Positions 53,809-61,828 of a DNA stretch of 64,000 nt are shown here, in pieces. Below the pieces are notes generated by a model. The model did no database searches. It worked only from the letters and a program-made list of their open reading frames with translations, and was not told where the DNA came from. Position numbers and translations under genes: made by a program. Origin of the DNA: Gammaproteobacteria bacterium (GTDB lineage Bacteria; Pseudomonadota; Gammaproteobacteria; Steroidobacterales; SZUA-146); NCBI GenBank assembly GCA_045107075.1, contig JBGCFV010000047.1, positions 17,351 to 81,350 of the forward strand, in the 5' to 3' direction. How positions within the stretch are numbered: the stretch's first letter is position 1; every line of letters starts with the position of its first letter.

Positions 53809-55064
53809 TACTCAAACAGACTACGCTGCACCGGAGGTGGGGCTAACTGCTGACGTAACGTGGCCTGCTCAAGTAGCTTCGTAGGACGCCAATCGGGGGT
53901 GACAACGAACGGTCGCAATCGATGAACAGACGTGGTTAAGCGCGCAAGATCGGTAAGTCGCAGCGCATGAACGCGCCTGGCCTTGAGCACGGCTGCTACG
54001 CCGCGAGTACCGAGCCCCGGAATGCGCAATAACGTTTCTTTGGGTGCCTTGTTGATATCGACCGGGAAGTCCTGTCGATTTCTTAACGCCCAGGCAAGCT
54101 TTGGGTCAATGGCTAAATCCAGCATACCCTCGCGCCCGCCAGACATGATTTCATCGAGATCAAACTGATAAAAACGCAATAGCCAGTCCGCCTGATAGAG
54201 CCGATGCTCTCGCTGCAACGGTGGTGGTTCCGGCGGCAGCTGCACGCTCGGATGAGGGGTCGGACTAAAGGCGCTGTAGTAAACACGCTTTAATTTGTAA
54301 CTCGAATACAAAGTTGTACTCGTGGCCAGAACTTTACGGTCGTCCGAATCGTCGGCGCCGATAATCATTTGGGTGCTCTGGCCGGTAGCCATAAAACCTT
54401 TCGGATTGCGGTGCCGACTACGCTCTGCCTTTTTCTCATCAATTCTCAGTCTGACGTCGGCCATTGCCGTTCGAATACGCCCGGCATCTTTTTCAGGCGC
54501 CAGATTTCGCAAACTGACACGGCTTGGCAGCTCAACGTTAATGGACAGACGGTCTGCGTAACGACCGGCCAAGTCGATTAATTCAGGCGCCGCATCCGGA
54601 ATCGTTTTTATATGGATATAGCCTTGAAACTGATGTGTGTCCCGCAGCTGCCGCGCCACCTCAACCATTTGCTGCATGGTGTAGTCAGGGCTCTTAATGA
54701 TGCCGGAAGACAGAAACAAACCCTCAATGTAATTGCGCTTATAAAAGTCGAGCGTAAGGTTGACCAGCTCATCAACGTTAAATCGGGCGCGACGTACGTC
54801 ACTTGAAATCCGGTTAACGCAGTACAGGCAGTCGTACTGACAGTAGTTAGTCAGCAGCACCTTCAAAAGAGAAATACAGCGACCATCGGGCGTATAGGAA
54901 TGGCAGATGCCGGTCCCGCCCGTCGAGCCGACGCCACCGGTTCGGGTGGAGTCTTTTCGCCCGGCTGCACTGGACGCACAAGAGGCGTCGTATTTCGCAG
55001 CATCGGCCAAGATAGCTAGTTTGTTTACGGTTTTCAGGTGAGTCATCGCGCTACGGTCCGGCAA
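53808..55064 (-). CDS. putative DNA modification/repair radical SAM protein (TIGR03916-like)
   Basis: 418 aa. CxxxCxxC radical-SAM cluster (CQYDCLYC) and a C-terminal helix-hairpin-helix (LLRIPGLGTRGVAAVLKARR). It is paired with the DUF4130-UDG gene, as described for this family. The start is TTG at 55064 or ATG at 55046. Confidence 0.85.
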   Translation of the reverse strand: MPDRSAMTHLKTVNKLAILADAAKYDASCASSAAGRKDSTRTGGVGSTGGTGICHSYTPDGRCISLLKVLLTNYCQYDCLYCVNRISSDVRRARFNVDELVNLTLDFYKRNYIEGLFLSSGIIKSPDYTMQQMVEVARQLRDTHQFQGYIHIKTIPDAAPELIDLAGRYADRLSINVELPSRVSLRNLAPEKDAGRIRTAMADVRLRIDEKKAERSRHRNPKGFMATGQSTQMIIGADDSDDRKVLATSTTLYSSYKLKRVYYSAFSPTPHPSVQLPPEPPPLQREHRLYQADWLLRFYQFDLDEIMSGGREGMLDLAIDPKLAWALRNRQDFPVDINKAPKETLLRIPGLGTRGVAAVLKARRVHALRLTDLARLTTSVHRLRPFVVTPDWRPTKLLEQATLRQQLAPPPVQRSLFE

Positions 55065-55077
55065 TTTAGACTCAATA

Positions 55078-55097
55078 TACTGTGTTTATATACAGTA
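55078..55097. promoter_or_regulatory. LexA (SOS) box upstream of the radical SAM / UDG operon
   Basis: TACTGTGTTTATATACAGTA fits the gammaproteobacterial consensus TACTGT-N8-ACAGTA in both conserved arms. It lies 14 nt upstream of the TTG start. Confidence 0.75.
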
Positions 55098-55136
55098 TTT
55101 GTCAAGCGCTTAATCGAACCATTTGCTCGTTACTCC

Positions 55137-57374
55137 TTACACCACGCCCTCTGCGATCTCGCTCAGGTGGTCCATCTCGCGTTGGCGAGGACGCTGTTTT
55201 TCAGAGCGCTTGTCGTTGATCAACAACAACAGCTGAGCGGCTGCCTCGGCATCACAAAGCGCGCGGTGATGAGTCTCGAGCGATATGCCGTAGGCCTTGG
55301 TCAGGGCGGCAAGACTGTATGAGGCGTGCCCCGGATAGTGACGGCGCATACCCGCAACCGTGCAAAGACGAGCCATCTTGAAACGACGGCCTATGCGACG
55401 AAACTCTCTTCCAATAAATCCGTAGTCAAACGCAACGTTGTGGGCAACGAAAATAGCGTTTCCAAGAAAGTCAGCCAAGGCGTCAGCGATTTGCTCAAAG
55501 CGCGGAGCGCCGTCCACCATTGTTTGGGATATACCCGTTAAACGAGTGATCGCCGGCGGAACTGAGCGACCGGGGTTTAACAACGTTGAGAATTGGTCGA
55601 CTATTTTGCCGTTGACCACCTTCACTGCGCCAATTTCAGTTACGCGATGCTGGTCGCCTCGCCCTCCCGTCGTTTCAACATCCACGACAACATACGCCTG
55701 CCTGGGATCGAGCGTCCATTGGGTCGCTACAACTTCCGCCCGAAAACCAGCGTTGGTTAACTGCTGTAGTTTGGCGAGCTGATGGCGACGCAAACTGTCA
55801 CCTTCCGATTTGATTTCGACGAACTTTACCCCGTGATCATCGACTAACAGCAGGTCCGGATAGCCGGAACGCATCAACGGATAGTTCTTGCACATAAGCC
55901 GCAATATGTTTTCAACAGCCTGCAATGGCGCTTCTTCAACGAGCACAAAAAGCGCATCAAGCGTCGACTGCCGCCAACGAAACACTCCGTTTCTTGTACC
56001 GAATTTTTCGGTGGCCACTTTTAGTAACGTAAGCTTTAAACGCGCCCGGCTGTTAACTTGCGCCAAACGCTTATCGACGGCCGAAGTATACGAGGTGTAA
56101 AACAAGCCCGTTGCTAAACTCTGTGGCAACGTATCAAACGGAGAGTGGATCTCTGCCGTCCGATTTGAAAACAACATGTCCCAAAACACCATGCCAAACA
56201 ACATTCTCCAGAGCGCGTTTTCACAGTGATAAGCCCGCATACCTTTTTCGGCGAACCAGGCAACCGCGGCTTTTTCGGGAGAGCCGACGAACTGTTCGTC
56301 AATTTCAATCGTGGAGGCCGCCTTTAATACATCGGTTGTGGCCAGCGTTCTTTTGCCTTTAAATGTTCGGGCATACAGGTCTCGAGCAAACAGTGCTTCT
56401 TCGTCGTTTCGGGGCGTTTCCATGCAGCTCAAGAGACACGTACTGGCGCTGTCTCTGTCGCCCAATTTGAGCATCAGCCGAATAGCTCGCTCTGTGCAGC
56501 GGGTCGACTCGGCGTAGCGGTAGAGCTCGATTGCCCGTTTTAAGTCTTTTTGCTTTTCTTGAATAGAACCTAGTCGCCATGCGAGCCTGTCGCGTAGCTT
56601 CGCCGCGCCCGCTGAGACGGGTTCGGGCCATTGTCTTGCTTCACGAACCAAAATGTGGATGTCGCAGGACGATGGTGACTTCTGACGAACTTTTAACAAA
56701 CGTGACGCAAAGTAAAAGTGCTCTCTTGCGCCCTCTTCATCTTGAAATCTTGGTTCGTAGTCAGTTTTCAGGTCCGCAGGCTGAACAAGCCCCAAGTCGC
56801 GCAAGGCGAAGCTATCCATACCGTCCCGGGTTTTGCCAAAATACAAGAACATCAAATATTGCACTGTTGACGTTTTGCGCTGGACTATTAACCTTGACGG
56901 ATTGCACTGGCTCAGAAATGACTCTGGTTCACACGTTGCCAATGCCAGTTCAACAAGCTCGTTTTTCAGAATCGTTTTCGGCAGCCCCGCCGTCTTTAGA
57001 GACAGTATTCTGTGAATTTCGCTCTTGGTGAGCAATTTGAGCAGCTCGGAAAAGTGATGAGGTCCGGGTTCCGAAATAAAGCCGGCGCTTCGCAAGCAAG
57101 TCAACGGCTCGTTCAGCTTGCCAATTTCCGGATAGTTCAGCTTGGCACACGAGAACACGGTGCCCTTACGGTTTACAAGGCGGACATAAAGCGCTTGGGC
57201 CAATTCATCGAGCGCTTGAAACGAAGATAGGAAAGCTTGGTCAGCTACGCCTAAAACGTGTTCGTAGTGTTCCTCTACGAACTCGAGCATTTCGACAAAA
57301 TGGTCTCGGTAATAAAAAGGCTCTAGCTGCTTCCCGCGAGAGTATCGTGGTTTTAAGGACTGATTGAAGTTCAT
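55137..57374 (-). CDS. FAN1-like VRR-NUC nuclease fused to a DEDDh (DnaQ/epsilon-type) 3'-5' exonuclease
   Basis: 745 aa. The helical N-terminal roughly 490 aa are followed by a VRR-NUC PD-(D/E)xK core, GYPDLLLVDDHGVKFVEIKSEGDSLRRHQ (about 55705-55900). Exonuclease motifs follow (about 55137-55700): VVVDVETTG (ExoI), FVAHNVAFDYGF (ExoII), HRALCDAEAAA (ExoIII, DEDDh). Confidence 0.8.
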   Translation of the reverse strand: MNFNQSLKPRYSRGKQLEPFYYRDHFVEMLEFVEEHYEHVLGVADQAFLSSFQALDELAQALYVRLVNRKGTVFSCAKLNYPEIGKLNEPLTCLRSAGFISEPGPHHFSELLKLLTKSEIHRILSLKTAGLPKTILKNELVELALATCEPESFLSQCNPSRLIVQRKTSTVQYLMFLYFGKTRDGMDSFALRDLGLVQPADLKTDYEPRFQDEEGAREHFYFASRLLKVRQKSPSSCDIHILVREARQWPEPVSAGAAKLRDRLAWRLGSIQEKQKDLKRAIELYRYAESTRCTERAIRLMLKLGDRDSASTCLLSCMETPRNDEEALFARDLYARTFKGKRTLATTDVLKAASTIEIDEQFVGSPEKAAVAWFAEKGMRAYHCENALWRMLFGMVFWDMLFSNRTAEIHSPFDTLPQSLATGLFYTSYTSAVDKRLAQVNSRARLKLTLLKVATEKFGTRNGVFRWRQSTLDALFVLVEEAPLQAVENILRLMCKNYPLMRSGYPDLLLVDDHGVKFVEIKSEGDSLRRHQLAKLQQLTNAGFRAEVVATQWTLDPRQAYVVVDVETTGGRGDQHRVTEIGAVKVVNGKIVDQFSTLLNPGRSVPPAITRLTGISQTMVDGAPRFEQIADALADFLGNAIFVAHNVAFDYGFIGREFRRIGRRFKMARLCTVAGMRRHYPGHASYSLAALTKAYGISLETHHRALCDAEAAAQLLLLINDKRSEKQRPRQREMDHLSEIAEGVV

Positions 57375-57400
57375 CTGATGAGGCGCTCATAACGAACCTG

Positions 57401-57420
57401 TACTGTATATAAATACAGTA
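57401..57420. promoter_or_regulatory. LexA (SOS) box upstream of the VRR-NUC/exonuclease gene
   Basis: TACTGTATATAAATACAGTA is a near-perfect palindromic SOS box, 27 nt upstream of the ATG at 57374. Confidence 0.8.
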
Positions 57421-57429
57421 TCGCATGCA

Positions 57430-58178
57430 ATAGCAATGAATCTCAACAAATTTTTGAATGTGCGCGCTTTCGGCTGACTTGAACTCGGAAAACCTCTCGC
57501 ACTGTGCCGCCGCATCAACTCCGGCCATTTCCATCACGCTTGACCCGGCGGTCAAAGGTGTTTGGCGTGCGTGAACCAATACGTTTGCCGCATCAAATTT
57601 GCGGGCAACCAGCTGGGCTAACTTCGCCGCTTCGTAATCCAACTCGGCAAAGGCACCGTCTTTTTTCTTGCTTAGACCCAAGGCTGTAACGACCTTGTTC
57701 AACTCCAGGTGTTCGTCCTGAACAAACCACACGTGAACCGGTTAGCAGCGAACCAGCTCCCAGTCCGTATTGCTGTCAAGCCCGGCAGGTAGCTGTGTTC
57801 ACGCGACTGCTTAACGACCAGATCAGGTCCGGCGTCTTCAATTTTACGCAATATCGCTTCCGTTCTTGAGGAGTCCCAGCGCACGTCATGAAGGACTGTC
57901 ACACCCTTTGAGGCGAGCTCAAGAGCCATGTCGGCCATGCGTTTTCGGTTGCGGTTCATGACCTGCTTTTTGTCTTCTTCGAATTTGCTGTACGCTGAAA
58001 ACAAGTGCTGTTCCGATGACGTATCGTGCACGACGTGAAAGAGTTCTATCTCACACCCCATTGTCTTGGCCAAATCGAGCGCTCTCTTGATAGCGGGCGA
58101 ATTGAGCGGGGCTTCAAACGTGATCTGGTCGGCATTCAGAATGACCAGCACGCGTTCAAACAATGTCTGTTTAGACAA
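57430..58178 (-). pseudogene. tandem-domain universal stress protein (UspE-like), frameshifted, nonsense-mutated and 3'-truncated
   Basis: USP domain 1 is intact in ORF 57699-58178 up to ..VVKQSREHS. The conserved continuation LDSNTDWELVRC-[TAA at 57742-57744]-PVHVWFVQDE is in another frame, with a 1-nt shift near 57780-57790. Domain 2 (ORF 57241-57732) runs only about 95 aa (..SAHIQKFVEIH) before reading into the LexA box. The last roughly 70 aa of a USP fold are missing. Confidence 0.6.
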
Positions 58179-58331
58179 AATAATGTGCTTCTCCTGTTGC
58201 TTAAAGTGCGTTAGTAAATCGAAATTGTTGCGTTATCGCAACTATATCAATGCCGCAACCTTTTGAATTATAGTGGTGGTCCCACTGGGAGGCCCAAAAT
58301 CAACAAAGACAACGAGAATCAAATCGCTCAG

Positions 58332-58661
58332 ATGGAGCTGCTGGACCGCGCTCTACGCTATGCGCGAGCGAAGTTGTCGCCGGATATCACGGCGCAGCGA
58401 CTGCTTATTCTGGTGTGCGTGTCGTTTCATGAAGGACTCAGTCAACGCGACTTACTCCGCAAGCTCGAGACGACGTCAATCACAGCTTTGTCCCGCAATT
58501 TGGCCGACCTGTCAGAGCTGACGACCAAAAAACTACCCGGACCCGGATTAATCTCACTCCGCCCGGATCCGATGAATCTGAGAGTAAAACGGGTTTACCT
58601 GACCACCAAAGGCAAACGTTTTATGCGAAGCTGGACGGGGGCCATCTCCAAAAAAACATAG
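58332..58661 (+). CDS. winged-helix (MarR-like) transcriptional regulator
   Basis: The pattern LLILVCVSFHEGLSQRDLLRKLETTSITALSRNLADL..RPDPMNLRVKRVYLTTKG is wHTH/MarR-like. I chose the start MELLDRAL at 58332; the track ORF begins with TTG at 58263. Confidence 0.5.
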   Translation: MELLDRALRYARAKLSPDITAQRLLILVCVSFHEGLSQRDLLRKLETTSITALSRNLADLSELTTKKLPGPGLISLRPDPMNLRVKRVYLTTKGKRFMRSWTGAISKKT

Positions 58662-58694
58662 ATTGAGGCTGCGCCCACGCGCCGGCGCAAGCGA

Positions 58695-59351
58695 CTATCC
58701 GGTAGAGAGATAATCCGATGCCATAACGTGCTGGACCAGATCTTCTACGGTGAGCACGGGTATATCGTGCTTAAGGCCGTACTTCATGACTTCCGGCATG
58801 CGCGCCATGCTGCCGTCTTCGTTGCTTAATTCGCACAGCACACCAAACGGGGACAAGCCAGCTAAACGCATGAGCGTTACGGTGCCCTCCGTATGCCCGC
58901 GACGCTCAAGCAACCCACCCGGAGCCGCACGAAGCGGGAAGACGTGACCGGGTCTCAGCAAGTCGTCCGGTGCACAAGCAGGCGCACTGGCCACTTTGAC
59001 CGTCTGCACTCGATCGGCCGCGGACACGCCCGTCGTAACTCCAACACGCGCTTCGATTGAAACAGTGAACGCGGTGCCGTTTCGACTGGAATTCGTCGTA
59101 ACCATAGGCGGCAGTTCCAAACGCTTAACAGCGGCGTCTTCCATACACAGACAGACAATACCGCTGCAGTCTCGAATCAGCCTCGCCATTTGAGGAGTAG
59201 TGAGATGTTCTGCCGAGAAAATCAGATCGCCTTCGTTCTCGCGATCCTGATCGTCCAGCAGCAACACGCCCGAACCCCGACGCAAAGATGCCAAGGCATT
59301 CGCCACGCGTTCGTCAGGCGTGCCAAAGTCGTTTATAAGTAAGTCTTTCAT
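58695..59351 (-). CDS. ribB: 3,4-dihydroxy-2-butanone-4-phosphate synthase
   Basis: 218 aa from [12 protein letters not shown]. It has the RibB blocks [24 protein letters not shown] and VLCEL. The upstream extension in the track ORF covers the riboswitch expression platform. Confidence 0.9.
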   Translation of the reverse strand: MKDLLINDFGTPDERVANALASLRRGSGVLLLDDQDRENEGDLIFSAEHLTTPQMARLIRDCSGIVCLCMEDAAVKRLELPPMVTTNSSRNGTAFTVSIEARVGVTTGVSAADRVQTVKVASAPACAPDDLLRPGHVFPLRAAPGGLLERRGHTEGTVTLMRLAGLSPFGVLCELSNEDGSMARMPEVMKYGLKHDIPVLTVEDLVQHVMASDYLSTG

Positions 59352-59482
59352 GATTATTCCCAAGCATGTAGAGCCAACAGCGGCTGATTCTTGGGGGTGA
59401 CGATTTACGCAGCACTGCATAGGCGAATAAACGCCCAACACAGACTGGTACGGTTCGTGCCGATGGCACAAACTGCACGCTA

Positions 59483-59632
59483 CTCTCTCATCCGGACTTT
59501 AACCGTCGGCTCTGGAATCACACCAGATCTGCTGACCCTGCCACAAGGTGCGGCAGGCGCTCGCGGGCTTTCAAACGCTCTTTTGAGCGATGATTACCGC
59601 CGGTAGGGAGTTCCACCCTGCCCCGAGTACGT
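59483..59632 (-). promoter_or_regulatory. FMN riboswitch (RFN element) controlling ribB
   Basis: The minus strand reads ..CTCGGGGCAGGGTGGAACTCCCTACCGGCGGTAA..GAAAGCCCGCGAGCGCC..GATCTGGTGTGATTCCAGAGCCGACGGTTAAAGTCCGGATGAGAGAG. This matches the conserved RFN blocks (GGGCGGGGTGAAATTCCCCACCGGCGGTAA, AGCCCGCGAGC, GGTGAAATTCCAAAGCCGACAGT..AGTCTGGATG). Confidence 0.85.
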
Positions 59633-59953
59633 GTGCAGGATACGGCTGCTTCGCTGCAAGGTCAATTGCCAGAATGCCAAGTGGCTTAGCCCCCCGAATA
59701 AGCCGGGAAACTCAACTGGCTCTTGGGGTATGCGCATCAAGAGGCCTTTGCTTCGCCGGCCCTTGGCCGACCGCACACCGGCAGCCTGCACGACTCATCT
59801 TGCCGCGATGAAGTACGCGACAACCTGTCTGAAATAAGACGCCCATCGCGGCTGGAAGCCGTTCCTACCTACCTCCGGCGCAAATATCCAGACGGGCACG
59901 GGCCAAGTGCGCATTGCAGCAGGAATTTGAACCCCGAAAGTCTTTAATTCGCC

Positions 59954-61132
59954 CTAATCGATCTCGTCGATTAACGCCAGAACAGTCTGATGAAAGTCCG
60001 CTACACCCTGTTCCGCGGCCCCCAACGTTACCCGTTCAATTGTGCCAGACGACAGCCCCAGTTGACCCAGTTCAGCCGCACGGAAATCCTCACCGCCAAA
60101 CACGTGGCCGTCGAGCAGCTTAAAGCTTTCACTCCAATGCAGCCTGTCGTCCTGGCTTGCAGGCGCTTCCGGGATCAGCATGTAATCTTCGACCACCGTT
60201 TCGTCAACGTTCTTTGGGTAGATCATCATTACATTGATGTAATCCGGACTGACTACGACAACCGTCGCGGGTATCAAACTGAACGAGAAGGTAATGATCT
60301 GGCGTAGGGTGTCCATTGAATCATCAGACTTTGCTTCACGGTAACCGATTCTCGCAACGGCGCTGCGAAAATGATCACCAACGCGATCGGATGCCGTGAT
60401 GGAATCAGCGAAAAACGGCGCAATAGAATTCTTGTGCAATCTCTGCACGTGGTAAGACTCCAAAAACGCATCCATGATGAGCTTCCAGTTAGCCGTCACC
60501 TGATGTGATGTTTTTTGGAAAACGTGAGCCTCGGCTAACCCGAGAGTCTTAAAGTCGTCGGCGATATCGCCCAACACGCTCTCTGGTTCAATTGATTTCC
60601 CGTCCAGCCGCGTCCAAATCAGGCCACCCGCCTCAATCACAGGTAAACGGTTCAGCCGGTAGCGTTGTTTGTCCAAACCAGGAAAACTGTCGGGAAGCGG
60701 AAGGCCTTGCAGAGCACCTGATAGCGTGTAGGTCCAGGCGTGATAAGGACACACCAGACGACTGGCCGATTGCACGGCGCTTGTTTCCACCAGTCTTGTT
60801 CCCCGGTGTTGACAAACGTTAACCAGCACATGCGCAACTCCCTCGGCGTCACGAGTAACCACCAAAGGAACGCCGTAATAGTCGTGAGTAACCGACTGAC
60901 CGGACGTTAAGCGCGCAGTCGGTATTAACGCAACCGGTCTGCTCAGGAAGAGCGCTTCTCGCTCTTTTATAAAATGTGCCTGATCAAGATAGACGCTGGC
61001 GGGCACGTATTGCACACGCTCACCATCAGGCTTGGAAGTTTGACGCAAGCGCTCGACCAGAGAACGCATGGCAGGGGTTACTCTTCTAGAATTCGCGTCG
61101 TCTCGAGATGTATCGCGTCCGCTTCCGCTCAT
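59954..61132 (-). CDS. Rieske [2Fe-2S] aromatic ring-hydroxylating oxygenase, alpha-subunit type
   Basis: Rieske motif CQHRGTRL-x16-CPYHAW and a mononuclear-iron block ESYHVQRLH. The start is set at Met32 of the track ORF to avoid overlapping queD, and is uncertain. Confidence 0.75.
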   Translation of the reverse strand: MSGSGRDTSRDDANSRRVTPAMRSLVERLRQTSKPDGERVQYVPASVYLDQAHFIKEREALFLSRPVALIPTARLTSGQSVTHDYYGVPLVVTRDAEGVAHVLVNVCQHRGTRLVETSAVQSASRLVCPYHAWTYTLSGALQGLPLPDSFPGLDKQRYRLNRLPVIEAGGLIWTRLDGKSIEPESVLGDIADDFKTLGLAEAHVFQKTSHQVTANWKLIMDAFLESYHVQRLHKNSIAPFFADSITASDRVGDHFRSAVARIGYREAKSDDSMDTLRQIITFSFSLIPATVVVVSPDYINVMMIYPKNVDETVVEDYMLIPEAPASQDDRLHWSESFKLLDGHVFGGEDFRAAELGQLGLSSGTIERVTLGAAEQGVADFHQTVLALIDEID

Positions 61133-61203
61133 GCTTTTCCAACCCCTCGAATTATTGCCTCCGACGCGCCATGACACATCGCAACCGGCCGAGTCATGTG
61201 CGC

Positions 61204-61560
61204 TCAGTCGCCGAGGTATACGCACCCCGAGTTACAGGTCTCTCGAACCACTACTTTACTTAACCCTGGCAGCGACGCAATCAAGTGTTGCCAAATCCAC
61301 TTCGCCAGATTTTCACTGGTCGGATTTTCAAGCCCTGGTATATCGTTCAAATAATGATGATCGAGCTGTTCATACAGCGGCTTAAACGCTCCCGAGATAT
61401 CGGCAAAATCAACTACCCAGCCGGCCGGCTCTTCTACTGGCCCGCTGACGTGAATTTCAAGACTAAATGAATGGCCGTGCAATCGGCTGCATTTGTGCTC
61501 TGAAGGCACGTTCGGAAGCCGGTGAGCTGCCTCAATTTGAAAAACTTTAAAGACGTCCAT
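61204..61560 (-). CDS. queD: 6-carboxy-5,6,7,8-tetrahydropterin synthase (6-pyruvoyl-tetrahydropterin synthase family)
   Basis: [45 protein letters not shown] are the QueD/PTPS signature blocks. I chose the start at 61560. Confidence 0.85.
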   Translation of the reverse strand: MDVFKVFQIEAAHRLPNVPSEHKCSRLHGHSFSLEIHVSGPVEEPAGWVVDFADISGAFKPLYEQLDHHYLNDIPGLENPTSENLAKWIWQHLIASLPGLSKVVVRETCNSGCVYLGD

Positions 61561-61828
61561 TCTGATCGCACTCCGGTAAGGTCGATCCGCAAGATACACA
61601 GTTTACGGTCTAATTTCTACGTGCATCGCGTTCGCTTTTACAATAGTGAGCCTGATTCCTTCTTGCGCCACTCTCAGCTGACGCTGGAACATCTGAACCT
61701 ATTGTCTTGGTAAGCCTGCCGTCCGGACGACAATTGGTTGAACACAGTGTGAATAGACCTAGCGTGACGTTTTCGAATGCCCGCATTATTTTCAGTTGGC
61801 CACTCTGCTCCACTCACAGCCGAAGCGA

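Noticed and set aside
57241-57429. The 3' part of ORF 57241-57732, which overlaps the start of the VRR-NUC gene and reads through the LexA box (..CYCMRYCIYIQYRFV..).
   Set aside because: USP similarity ends near 57430. The remainder translates a palindromic operator and the antisense of another gene, so it is treated as non-coding read-through of a truncated pseudogene.
59352-59471. The upstream extension of the ribB ORF ([21 protein letters not shown]..).
   Set aside because: It covers the riboswitch expression platform. RibB homology starts at [10 protein letters not shown] (59351), which has its own GGGAATAATC RBS.
59641-59953. Fragments resembling structured RNA genes. The minus strand CCCGGCTTATTCGG recalls the RNase P RNA CR-IV block ACAGAACCCGGCTTA. 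GGAGGTAGGTAGGAACGGCTTCC vaguely recalls GAGGAAAGTCCGGGC. CGGGGTTCAAATTCCTG recalls a tRNA/tmRNA T-arm.
   Set aside because: The other universal RNase P blocks (for example GGTAAGAGCGCAC) are absent and 310 nt is too short. The T-arm-like stem needs two G-U pairs, and the rest of a tRNA would lie inside the Rieske oxygenase ORF. An Rfam scan is needed for any claim.
61133-61225. The longest-ORF start of the Rieske oxygenase, overlapping the queD 3' end by 22 nt.
   Set aside because: The extension is Arg/Ser/Gly-rich with no homology-like features, so an internal Met was chosen. The true start remains uncertain.
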